From positions 210,492 to 274,491 of the forward strand of contig JANPJR010000030.1 of assembly GCA_031425615.1 (NCBI GenBank): 64,000 bases of DNA. The letters run 5' to 3'. Of the stretch, positions 50,069 to 59,152 are shown piece by piece (position 1 is the first letter of the stretch; every line of letters starts with the position of its first letter). Made by a program: the position numbers and the translations under genes. The notes beneath the pieces were generated by a model. That model was not told the DNA's origin. It did no database searches and saw only the letters and a program-made list of their open reading frames with translations. The DNA comes from Cytophagales bacterium (GTDB lineage Bacteria > Bacteroidota > Bacteroidia > Cytophagales > Microscillaceae).

Positions 50069-51220
50069 ATGTTATCATCACTCAATTATATAGTTTGGAC
50101 AATCACGCCCGAAATGATAAGCGGTTGGAGTTTCCCACGTTGGTACGGATTATTATTTGCGTCAGGGTTTATTTTTGGGCAAATCATCATGGCACGTATA
50201 TTTTCGCAAGAAAAAAAACCTGCACAAGATTTGGATACATTGCTTATATACATGGTTGTAAGCACTGTGCTTGGGGCAAGGCTTGGGCATTGTTTGTTTT
50301 ATCAACCCGAATATTATTTGGCAAATCCTATTGAAATCCTCAAAATTTGGGAAGGCGGTTTGGCAAGTCATGGAGCAGCAATAGGCATTTTGTTGGCACT
50401 TTATTTATACAGTAGAAACCGTGAAGGGCAAAGTTTCCTTTGGGTATTAGATAGGATTGTGATTGTAGTGGCACTTGCAGGGGCAATGATTAGGTTTGGA
50501 AATTTGGCGAATTCTGAAATTATTGGCAAACCAACCAATGAAAGTTATGCGTTTATTTTTCAAAATGCTTTGCGTGAAGAACTTATACGCAATAATAACG
50601 ACATCAAAGGCATACAAATCACACCACAAACCAAACAAGCACTTGTAGAAAATCCAAATAATAAATCATATAAATTTGTACTTGTAAAACTTACCATTTT
50701 ATTTGATAGAAATAGCAGAAACGAAGAAAATTTGGCTTTTGTAAAAGGAAGTCTGCCCATACTTATACAAAAAGATGCAGAAATTAAAAAACATTTTGCC
50801 ATCAAAGAACAATTTGTAAATAATACCGAAAACACACCCAAAACAGGCGAACAAGGCAAATATAGCACCATAGAAACCGAAATATTAGCCATTCCACGAC
50901 ACCCAGCCCAACTATACGAAGCATTATCGTGTTTACTCCTGTTTGGATTTTTATTTTTTCTGCACCAATCTATGCGTGAAAAAACACCAGAAGGCATTTT
51001 GGCAAGTATTTTTCTGATTGTGTTGTTTGTGTTGAGATTTTTGTATGAATTTTTGAAAGAAAATCAAGTTGCTTTTGAAGATAATCTCTCCCTTAATATG
51101 GGTCAATGGCTTAGTATTCCTGCTATTTTGATGGGTATTGCAATTGGTGTGCTTGCGTTGATGAGAAAAAATAGCCCCCAAGCCCCCAAAGGAGGAGCAA
51201 GTTCCCAAGAAGGAATTTAG
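50069..51220 (+). CDS. lgt: prolipoprotein diacylglyceryl transferase (with ~110-aa insertion)
   Basis: 383 aa with Lgt signature 'WEGGLASHGAAIG' and 'HPAQLYEALS'. A long hydrophilic insert lies between them. Confidence 0.78.
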   Translation: MLSSLNYIVWTITPEMISGWSFPRWYGLLFASGFIFGQIIMARIFSQEKKPAQDLDTLLIYMVVSTVLGARLGHCLFYQPEYYLANPIEILKIWEGGLASHGAAIGILLALYLYSRNREGQSFLWVLDRIVIVVALAGAMIRFGNLANSEIIGKPTNESYAFIFQNALREELIRNNNDIKGIQITPQTKQALVENPNNKSYKFVLVKLTILFDRNSRNEENLAFVKGSLPILIQKDAEIKKHFAIKEQFVNNTENTPKTGEQGKYSTIETEILAIPRHPAQLYEALSCLLLFGFLFFLHQSMREKTPEGILASIFLIVLFVLRFLYEFLKENQVAFEDNLSLNMGQWLSIPAILMGIAIGVLALMRKNSPQAPKGGASSQEGI

Positions 51221-51272
51221 CGTTTTTTGAATTTTAAACTTTTGAACCTTAAACCCTTTGAACTTTAAACCT
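51221..51272. repeat. GTTCAAAGG-family repeat (reverse orientation) between lgt and rlmD
   Basis: 'ttttgaattttaaacttttgaaccttaaaccctttgaactttaaacc'. Confidence 0.7.
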
Positions 51273-51277
51273 TTTTC

Positions 51278-52765
51278 ATGTCCAAAAAAAAACGCATAAT
51301 TTTAGAAAATATAACCGTATTGAGCCTTGTCTCAGAAGGAAAAGCCATCGCAAAACATGACGAAATGGTTATTTTTTTGGAAGGCTCACAAGTTGCACCC
51401 CAAGATATTGTTACAATTGAAATCCACAAAAAGAAAAAAACCTACGCAGAAGCACGCGTATTGGCTGTTACTACGCCTTCGCCTCTGCGTATTACGCCTG
51501 TGTGTGAGCATTTTGGCGTGTGTGGCGGTTGCAAATGGCAACATTTACCTTATTCTTTGCAATTAGAAGCAAAATACAAACAAGTAAAAGACAATTTGGA
51601 ACGCCTTGCAAAAGTTCCTTTGCCTGAAATTCCTGCTATTTTACCTTCTGAAAATACTTTTTTTTATAGGAATAAACTTGAATTTACTTTTTCTAATAAA
51701 AAATGGCTTGAAAAAGCTGATTTAGATAAAAAATTAGCAGAAAGAGCAGAAAATACCCCAGAAAAAGCACTTGAAAACCCTGAAAATACCACTGAAAACC
51801 CTACAAATGATATTGATATGTCGGATTGGGCGTTAGGTTTCCACGTTTCTGGTCGTTTTGATAAGGTTTTGGATTTGGAAAAATGTCATTTGCAAATGAA
51901 TCCTTCCAACGAAATTCGCAATGCTTTGAAAGAAAAAGCCCTGCAAGAAGGTTGGGAATTTTATGATTTGCGTGGAAAAAAAGGCTTTTTGCGTAATATT
52001 ATCATGCGTATTGCTTCTGAAACCGAAATTATGGTTGCGGTGGTTTTTGGTGAAAATAATCCAAATAAAATAACGGTTGTTATGCAGTTTTTGCACCAAA
52101 AATTCCCTCAAATATCGTCTTTGCAGTATTTTATCAATGAAAAACTCAATGACAGCGTATCTGACCTTACACCTTTTCACTATGCAGGAAAGCCTTATTT
52201 AGAGGAGAAAATGGAAGATTTGACGTTTAGGGTTGGGGCGAAGTCATTTTATCAAACCAATTCCGCACAAGCATATACACTTTATAGCGTTGCCAGAGAT
52301 TTCGCAGGGCTCACAGGCGAGGAATTTGTGTATGATTTGTACACAGGCACAGGCACAATCGCCAATTTTGTGGCAAAAAAAGCAAAAAAAGTAATTGGTA
52401 TTGAATATGTAGAAGAAGCTATACAAGATGCAAAAATAAATTCAGAAATTAACCAAATTCACAATACATTATTTTTTGCAGGTGATATGAAAAACGTTTT
52501 AACCAAAGATTTTTTGGAAAAACATGGCAAACCTGATGTTATTATTACTGACCCGCCACGTGCTGGCATGCACGAAGACGTGATAAAAGTGATATTGGAA
52601 GCCCAACCCACCAAAATCGTATATGTGAGTTGTAATCCTGCTACACAAGCGCGCGATATTGCCCTCCTCTACCCTGATTATACCGTTGCCAAAGTGCAAC
52701 CTGTAGATATGTTTCCGCAAACACACCACGTAGAAAATGTGATTTTGATGGTGAAAGCAAGTTGA
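51278..52765 (+). CDS. rlmD: 23S rRNA (uracil-C5)-methyltransferase RlmD/RumA family
   Basis: 495 aa with TRAM domain, Cys cluster 'CEHFGVCGGC', SAM MTase motifs 'DLYTGTGT','DPPRAG' and catalytic 'VSCNP'. Has an unusual ~50-aa acidic insert. Confidence 0.85.
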   Translation: MSKKKRIILENITVLSLVSEGKAIAKHDEMVIFLEGSQVAPQDIVTIEIHKKKKTYAEARVLAVTTPSPLRITPVCEHFGVCGGCKWQHLPYSLQLEAKYKQVKDNLERLAKVPLPEIPAILPSENTFFYRNKLEFTFSNKKWLEKADLDKKLAERAENTPEKALENPENTTENPTNDIDMSDWALGFHVSGRFDKVLDLEKCHLQMNPSNEIRNALKEKALQEGWEFYDLRGKKGFLRNIIMRIASETEIMVAVVFGENNPNKITVVMQFLHQKFPQISSLQYFINEKLNDSVSDLTPFHYAGKPYLEEKMEDLTFRVGAKSFYQTNSAQAYTLYSVARDFAGLTGEEFVYDLYTGTGTIANFVAKKAKKVIGIEYVEEAIQDAKINSEINQIHNTLFFAGDMKNVLTKDFLEKHGKPDVIITDPPRAGMHEDVIKVILEAQPTKIVYVSCNPATQARDIALLYPDYTVAKVQPVDMFPQTHHVENVILMVKAS

Positions 52766-52814
52766 AATATTGGTAGTAAGTGATTTTACTTGATAATAAT
52801 TTTGGGGCAACGCT

Positions 52815-52860
52815 ATTTTTTCCATAGCAAAGGTTTGCAAACCCTTTGCTATGAAAAAAT
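52815..52860. other. stable hairpin between rlmD and the minus-strand island (terminator-like, atypical T-run placement)
   Basis: 'catagcaaaggtttg/caaaccctttgctatg' ~14-bp stem. The T-run precedes rather than follows it on both strands. Confidence 0.4.
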
Positions 52861-52910
52861 ACCATAATGGTAAAATCATGTAACGACTTTTTTTAAGCGA
52901 AAAGTTTGTT

Positions 52911-54110
52911 TTATTGAATAGGAATATCAAAAATTTTTGTTAAGTCAAAATTAATATCGCTTTTTTTTGTAATGTTAAAGATTTGTTGAGGTGTATTATT
53001 TGGATAACCTAAATCACTTAAATTAAGACGTAAAAAATTACAAACTTTGTTAACATGAATTTTCAAAGATTCAAGAATTGCATTGTTGTTTGTATCATAA
53101 CTATCCGAAAAAATAGATTGAATTACCAAATTTGTGGATTTGTTTACTTTTTCTTCTTCATCTTCGTTTAGATAGGTAAAACTATGTCCTGAATGCAACC
53201 AAAAATAATTTGTAAAGATATTTCTGTCATGGATTTTCAATTTTTCTCGTATTTCCGTATACCTATTTGTGGGCTCTACGTTAATCAAATACAACTTTAT
53301 AGAAAATTTGAAATTTTCATTTTTAATTTCTTCAACAAAAAAATTGTAAATTTCAGAGGGTAAATTTGGATTTCTCGTATATTTTTCTTCATACCCAACA
53401 AAAACTACAAGTTTAAATCCCTTATCTAATTTTTCATTATGTAAAATATTTTTCAACATTGGGATAGTATTTTTTTTTATTACATATTCATAATCCTTTT
53501 TGCCTTCAAAATTTCCACCAAAAAAATAATTATCAATTATAACCATTTCGTTACAAAAATGCTTATAATCTCTTAAACTCTCCCAATCTTCAAAAGCATT
53601 ATGTTTTGGCATAATTGGGTCTATATTGAATAACATACTTTTAAACCAAAAACCAGTATGTTGAAAATCTAATAACATATTATCAACATTGATAAATAAA
53701 ATACCATGTTTTTTTGTTAAATTTTGGCATTCTTCATTTGATTTTTCCAACAAAAAAAAAGAAAATGATGTTACTTGTTTGGGTAGTGGTAAAGTTTCAT
53801 CAAAATCTCCAATCCGTTTGCCAATATCCTGAGTTATTTTTTTGGATATTTGATTCAATTCATAATTGCTTTTTTCATTTTCTTCATCAAATTTTTTTTT
53901 GTCAGATAAAATGTAAATTCTCTTTGTTCCAAATGACTGAAAAAAAGTCGCAACTTGCATTTTATGTTTTGTGTCAGCAAAATTATTTGATTGTGTTTCA
54001 CTCAATAAACTTTCAAGAATTATGTCATTTAAAGTTTCCCTGCCAAGAAGTTTTTTTAACTTTTTCAAACTTTCTATGTCAGAAAAAATAGTTATTCTGT
54101 TTTGCATCAT
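52911..54110 (-). CDS. hypothetical protein, partner of upstream AAA ATPase (candidate effector)
   Basis: 399 aa starting 9 bp after the ATPase stop on the same strand. No recognisable family. Has Asn/Lys-rich composition atypical of the housekeeping genes. Confidence 0.55.
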   Translation of the reverse strand: MMQNRITIFSDIESLKKLKKLLGRETLNDIILESLLSETQSNNFADTKHKMQVATFFQSFGTKRIYILSDKKKFDEENEKSNYELNQISKKITQDIGKRIGDFDETLPLPKQVTSFSFFLLEKSNEECQNLTKKHGILFINVDNMLLDFQHTGFWFKSMLFNIDPIMPKHNAFEDWESLRDYKHFCNEMVIIDNYFFGGNFEGKKDYEYVIKKNTIPMLKNILHNEKLDKGFKLVVFVGYEEKYTRNPNLPSEIYNFFVEEIKNENFKFSIKLYLINVEPTNRYTEIREKLKIHDRNIFTNYFWLHSGHSFTYLNEDEEEKVNKSTNLVIQSIFSDSYDTNNNAILESLKIHVNKVCNFLRLNLSDLGYPNNTPQQIFNITKKSDINFDLTKIFDIPIQ

Positions 54111-54119
54111 GTAGTATTT

Positions 54120-56033
54120 TTATAAGTTAGAAATATCAAGTGCTATACTATCCGCTTCATCAAAAAAGCCTGCTCCAAAACGATTATCTAAATATCCATC
54201 TTCTTCTATGCGTATGCGTTCTACTTGTTTGCGACCTTTTGGCACTTCGTCAGGATTATACAGATAATAAATATTGACATCTTCGGGCAAAATCTCCTCC
54301 TTAGCAACCCAATACTGCAACTTACGGATAAGGTACTCGCTATGCGTTTCTACCACAAACTGCACATTGAAAACTTTGCACGCATCTATTAGCATATCTG
54401 CCAATTTAGATTGTAGTTTTGGGTGTAGGTTGGTTTCAGGTTCTTCTATGCAGATGGTAAACCTGTTGCCTCCATCTATTGGGACTTTTACATAATTGAG
54501 ATGATTTTCTTCAAATGTACGTGTTTTTTCGTGTATATTGTATTTTGTTTTTAGTTCTTCGCCTGCATAATATATTAGGTCAGGCATTGTTGCAACTTTT
54601 AATATTAAAGGCAATACTTGTGTAATTCCATAACCCAAATCCACCAAATCTATTTTTTTGCCATTTTTTACAAGAAACACCTCACTTGCTACACCTTTAA
54701 TCTCGTTAATCTCAAAACCATCTGCAATACCAAATTCTTTTAACCAAGTATTTACGAAATCAGTATCTATTTTTTTCTTGTTTAGTAATACATCATGTAA
54801 AAATTCATTAAAAGATGTGCCTTGTGATTGATAGGTGTAAATACGCTGAGAATTGGCTCGCACTCCTTCTATAAATTGAATACCATTTTGCATATATGAT
54901 AATTCACCAAAATTTATTATTTTTGAAAAAAAATCAAAAAATGTTTTACAAGTGTTCGCAAAATCTTTATTGATAATTTGATTTAATTTCAGTTTTCCAC
55001 ATTTTTCTATAATGGATTGAAATTTAGCATAATCTCCTTGAAATAAATAACGTGCAGGGAAATATTCGCGCTCTTCTGGAAATGATAAATTTTCGTCAGA
55101 TTCCATTTCTATTCGCTTTAAAAATTCTTCTTCTGTTTCATGTATAAGATTAACAAAAACGGGGAATTTAATTGATTTATTTTTAGTAGCATATTTAGGA
55201 AAATAAGGTTCGCCAAAAAGAAAGGAAAAAGCCAGATTACTCTCCAAATTATATTGAAGAATACTTTGACGATTTTCCAGATATGGTAATGTTGTTTGAA
55301 ATGGACTATTTATTTGTTTTAAAATATTTCCCTTTAAAATTTCATAAAATTCTGATTTATGAGGATTTTCTCCTATAATTTTGTCTAATTTATCAATATC
55401 CAAAATTTCAGTATTGAAAAATTTGTCCTCAAATAATATTTTTTGTAATGATATTTGAGAATGACATTTTATTCGAGTAGCATTTTCTTGTATCTTTGAA
55501 ATACCTTTTCCTTTTTCGCTCCATGACAAAAGCACTTCATTTTTATCGTTTTTAATATTTATATTTACAATTCTATCTTTCAACCATGAAAAAGAAACTT
55601 TATACGTTTTTATCTCGCTCTCTTTACTATCTCCCAGCAAATTAGAATACAAATCGTTTTTATCCAAAAATTTAAAATCCAATGTACTACATTGCTCATA
55701 ATCATTTTCTTCAATATTATAATTTCCTCCTTGCTCCCAAGTCCATAAAACAGATATTCCAAATTCAAAACTTATTTCTTTTTTATCTTCGTTTGCTTTG
55801 TTATTAACTACATTTTCAAAATCTCCCAGATTATGATTTCCCAAAGAAAAATCAAGCCCTCCAAAAAAATTACCTTTTTTCGCATTTTCGCTTAATAAAT
55901 TCAACGCTTTAAACACACTACTTTTCCCTGAGCTATTCGCCCCTGTCAAAATGGTAATAGGTGCGAATTCAAAGGTGGTTTTTTGTTCAAAAACTCTAAA
56001 ATTTTCTAAACTAAATTGTGTAAGACGAGGCAT
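54120..56033 (-). CDS. OLD/ABC-type AAA ATPase (AAA_15/AAA_21-like) with short C-terminal tail
   Basis: 637 aa. N-terminal 'NFRVFEQKTTFEFAPITILTGANSSGKSSVFKAL' (Walker A). ~490-aa insertion, then Walker B 'TICIEEPETNLHP' and H-loop 'VVETHSEY'. ~60-aa tail resembling DUF3696-type tails. Confidence 0.8.
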   Translation of the reverse strand: MPRLTQFSLENFRVFEQKTTFEFAPITILTGANSSGKSSVFKALNLLSENAKKGNFFGGLDFSLGNHNLGDFENVVNNKANEDKKEISFEFGISVLWTWEQGGNYNIEENDYEQCSTLDFKFLDKNDLYSNLLGDSKESEIKTYKVSFSWLKDRIVNINIKNDKNEVLLSWSEKGKGISKIQENATRIKCHSQISLQKILFEDKFFNTEILDIDKLDKIIGENPHKSEFYEILKGNILKQINSPFQTTLPYLENRQSILQYNLESNLAFSFLFGEPYFPKYATKNKSIKFPVFVNLIHETEEEFLKRIEMESDENLSFPEEREYFPARYLFQGDYAKFQSIIEKCGKLKLNQIINKDFANTCKTFFDFFSKIINFGELSYMQNGIQFIEGVRANSQRIYTYQSQGTSFNEFLHDVLLNKKKIDTDFVNTWLKEFGIADGFEINEIKGVASEVFLVKNGKKIDLVDLGYGITQVLPLILKVATMPDLIYYAGEELKTKYNIHEKTRTFEENHLNYVKVPIDGGNRFTICIEEPETNLHPKLQSKLADMLIDACKVFNVQFVVETHSEYLIRKLQYWVAKEEILPEDVNIYYLYNPDEVPKGRKQVERIRIEEDGYLDNRFGAGFFDEADSIALDISNL

Positions 56034-56199
56034 ATAGGGTAATTAGGAATAGGGGAGTAAAAAAGCCACCCAGCCCACAAAGGGGAGTTTTTGGGTGGAA
56101 ATGGAAAATTATTTTATAAGGTTTATTTTTTCTCAAATATCCATAATTATTTACAGATATTCAAGTTTTTTTTGTATTTGCTCTTTGGGGCTTGGGCTT

Positions 56200-57057
56200 T
56201 TAAATCATATCATTTGCTTGTCTTTGTGGGTGAATATGTGCATTATTTTGCGTGATATAAGGCACAAGGTTTGGGTACAGCGTGTGTAATTCGGTATATT
56301 CAGGGGTATTTTCGCGGTATTCGCAGGGTTGCGATTGTACAGTATTTTTGAGGCGAATAAGCACACGCAAGGTAGCAGAGGGTAAATTTTGGGAGGTAAT
56401 AGTAGTTGCCATACCAAACAATCTTTCTACTTTCTCCCCAAAAACATCCAAATAATTACCAATATGTAGCAATATTTGGTAATGAAATTCTTTTGAGCGG
56501 TTTAGACTGTACATATTAATAGCGAGCAAACTATTGCCAAATGCTTTTGCTTCGCCATAATGTGTGTGTCCGCCTTGTCCTTCTATTTTTACATTGCCAT
56601 CAGCGTGTAATATGAATATATTTTTAAGAATACTATTTTGGGTGCTTGCCAAAAAAAACATTTCATAATGTCCAGCGATACTTTTGAATATGCCCTCGTG
56701 ATTGTGCATGATTGGGTACATTTCGCCATTTTCGTTAGGTATTCGCACATATTTTTTTGTATCATAATCATATTCATAATGATTTTTTCTTAGTTCTGTA
56801 TTGATGTGTTCCAAAAAACCGCTTACCGTTTCTTCGCTTGGTGGGTTATCATCTTTTTTCATTTTGGAAATTGTAGAAGCGTTATACTTATTGTTTGTAA
56901 GTTCTTTATTCTGTTTTTCTAATGCTTTCCAAATTTCAAGGGCTTTTCGCACTTGTGCGAGGAGGGCGTTGTGTGTTGTGGTCATGTTGAAGTTTGTTTT
57001 TAAAGATTTTTTTGCAAAATAATGTTTTTCTTCGTTTTCTCGTACAAGGCTTACCAA
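56200..57057 (-). CDS. hypothetical protein (weak metallophosphoesterase-like motifs)
   Basis: 285 aa with 'IMHNHEGIF' and 'GGHTHYGE' in the order expected for phosphoesterase motifs III/VI, but no GDxHG/GDxxDR. Assignment weak and start uncertain. Confidence 0.4.
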   Translation of the reverse strand: MVSLVRENEEKHYFAKKSLKTNFNMTTTHNALLAQVRKALEIWKALEKQNKELTNNKYNASTISKMKKDDNPPSEETVSGFLEHINTELRKNHYEYDYDTKKYVRIPNENGEMYPIMHNHEGIFKSIAGHYEMFFLASTQNSILKNIFILHADGNVKIEGQGGHTHYGEAKAFGNSLLAINMYSLNRSKEFHYQILLHIGNYLDVFGEKVERLFGMATTITSQNLPSATLRVLIRLKNTVQSQPCEYRENTPEYTELHTLYPNLVPYITQNNAHIHPQRQANDMI

Positions 57058-57085
57058 ATTTTTAAATTTGGCAAATCAAGTCTAA

Positions 57086-57433
57086 TTAATATCCCATTCC
57101 GTCCATCAAACTGTCAAAATCACCATCAAAGTCGTCATAATCGCCATATTGTCCATCAGTTAAGGCATTGAAAGTATCACGGTCATAATCATGATTACGA
57201 TAATTATCATCATCTTCATCAAGGTAATTACTCCATTTTTCGGTTTGTTGTGTGATACCTTCCGCAGAAATTACATTTTTTAGATGTTCAAATACTTCAT
57301 CTTCCAAGCAAAAATGGTCAAGATTGCACAAACACCAATCTATATATGAGGTGTCTATTTGTGAAACTTCTTGCAAAGATTTTCCTTCATATTTCCCAAA
57401 AGTAAATTCTGTATTTTCGTTATAAATTTTCAT
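57086..57433 (-). CDS. DUF3820-like small acidic protein (hypothetical)
   Basis: 115 aa with 'FTFGKYEGKSLQEVSQIDTSYIDWCLCN' resembling the FGKYKG...DP.Y..W family, followed by a D/Y/G-rich acidic tail. Confidence 0.45.
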   Translation of the reverse strand: MKIYNENTEFTFGKYEGKSLQEVSQIDTSYIDWCLCNLDHFCLEDEVFEHLKNVISAEGITQQTEKWSNYLDEDDDNYRNHDYDRDTFNALTDGQYGDYDDFDGDFDSLMDGMGY

Positions 57434-57748
57434 ATTTTTATGTGTTTAGTGTGTTTTAAAGATTTTTTGGTTAGTTTTCCTTTAAATTATATTGCAAAGT
57501 TCAACTTTATGTTTTGGAAATAAAAAGACAAGCAGACTTATAAATTTCTTTCCAATTTCCAAGAAATTTCCTAATTTTTTTGACACAAAAAAGCCTCCTA
57601 ACCCACAAAGGAATAAACTGCCTTTGACTGTAAAAACGAAAATACTTTTTGGTACTTAATCCATTTTATACTGATAAATGTTAATTTAGCATCAAAATAA
57701 CCGTTATTTTAGGATTTTAAAGGCATTTTAAAATTATTTTTAAAAAAA

Positions 57749-57783
57749 CTTAGGAAACTATAAACTTTTTTATAGTTTCCTAA
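57749..57783. promoter_or_regulatory. candidate TetR operator (perfect 16-bp inverted repeat) upstream of MFP-RND operon
   Basis: 'cttaggaaactataaa ctt tttatagtttcctaag' has the same arms as the tetR-proximal copy and lies ~110 bp upstream of the MFP start. Confidence 0.5.
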
Positions 57784-57853
57784 GTTTTCTTGTTATATAT
57801 TTGCAACTCAAAAAATTAGGAAAAAACCGTTTTATTTTTATTTTATTATTTTT

Positions 57854-57888
57854 CATTCCTAATTTCTAATTCTTAATCCCTAATCCCA
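57854..57888. repeat. heptamer-periodic repeat (TTCCTAA type) abutting MFP start
   Basis: 'cattcctaatttctaattcttaatccctaatccca'. Confidence 0.8.
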
Positions 57889-57894
57889 TAAAAT

Positions 57895-58962
57895 ATGCTT
57901 AAAGTCTGGAAAATCATTAGAATACCATTATTTTTAATTGCTTTTGTGGCTGTAATTGCTTTTACGCTCACAAACAATAAAGAAAAAGCCAAAGAAACCG
58001 CAAAAATTGCGGAAAAAACGGTAGATACTTATCCTGTTTCTGTTGCAAGTGCTGGTTTTGAAAATTTTGAGGGAAATTTTAACCTTACAGGTAATCTTGA
58101 GCCTTTTCGTGAGTTGAATTTTGCCTCAGAAGTTGCAGGCAGGGTAACTGCTGTTTATTTTGAAAAAGGTTCTTTTGTAGGCGAAGGAAGCGTATTGGTA
58201 AGGCTTGATGACGAATCTATCCAAAGAGAATTAAAAATCGCCAATATCACATTAGAAAAAAGACAAAAAGATTTTCAACGTGTAGAAAACCTCGCAAAAT
58301 CAAGCGTTGGAACAATGGCACAATATGATGACGCAAAATATGCCCTACAAACCGCAGAACAACAAGTAGAAACACTTAAAGAACGCCTTGCTAAAACTGT
58401 CATAAAAGCCCCTATCACTGGCATAATCTCACGCAAAGCAATAGAAAAAGGCTCTTACCTCGCCCCAAATGTGCCTATCGCAGATATTACTGATGTATCT
58501 CGTATGAAAATGATTATAAAGGTATCTGAAAGTGAGCTTATGAAAATACAACAAGGACAATCTGTAAAAATAAAAATGGACGCATATCCCGATTTGGATT
58601 TCACTGGTGTTGTTACCAATCTCGCTGTAAAAGCTGACAACTCAAAACGTTATGAAGTAGAACTACAAATATCAGGTAATGGCAATGCTTCGCTCAGAGG
58701 TGGGCTTTTTGGCATCGTGTATTTCCAATTTGCAAAAAGTGGTAGTGCTCTAATGATTCCACGCAGGGCTATCGTAGGCAGTATCCAAGATGCACAAGTA
58801 TTTGTGGTGGAAAATGGTATCGCCTTTGTACGTAAAGTAAAAGTAGGTACTATCAAAAATGATAAAATTGAAGTAATTGAAGGTTTAAAAGAAAATGAAA
58901 AAGTGGTAACCACAGGACAAATAAACTTGCAGGATAAATCTAAGATTACAGAAATAAAATAA
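57895..58962 (+). CDS. RND efflux periplasmic adaptor (MFP/HlyD family)
   Basis: 355 aa with N-terminal TM, biotinyl-lipoyl-like and beta-barrel domains ('VLVRLDDESIQREL'). Confidence 0.85.
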   Translation: MLKVWKIIRIPLFLIAFVAVIAFTLTNNKEKAKETAKIAEKTVDTYPVSVASAGFENFEGNFNLTGNLEPFRELNFASEVAGRVTAVYFEKGSFVGEGSVLVRLDDESIQRELKIANITLEKRQKDFQRVENLAKSSVGTMAQYDDAKYALQTAEQQVETLKERLAKTVIKAPITGIISRKAIEKGSYLAPNVPIADITDVSRMKMIIKVSESELMKIQQGQSVKIKMDAYPDLDFTGVVTNLAVKADNSKRYEVELQISGNGNASLRGGLFGIVYFQFAKSGSALMIPRRAIVGSIQDAQVFVVENGIAFVRKVKVGTIKNDKIEVIEGLKENEKVVTTGQINLQDKSKITEIK

Positions 58963-59152
58963 TGATTAATGGTTAATTATTAATGGTTAATTATTAATGA
59001 TTAATGGTTAATTATTAATGATTAAAACAAAAAATAAAATTAATTAACCATTAATGGTCAATCATTCACAATTAATTAATACATTTTCAATCAATTAATC
59101 TCAATTAATCTCAATCAATACACAACCAACTAATCATTAATCATTAAAAAAT
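58963..59152. repeat. TAAT-palindrome-rich left flank of four-helix-bundle gene
   Basis: Tandem 7-bp-periodic 'tgattaa tggttaa ttattaa' units with palindromes 'ccattaatgg', 'attaat', 'ttaattaa'. Confidence 0.8.

Noticed and set aside
56095-56289. 64-aa plus-strand ORF overlapping the start of the 285-aa minus-strand gene
   Set aside because: Hydrophobic low-complexity translation overlapping a longer ORF; likely spurious.
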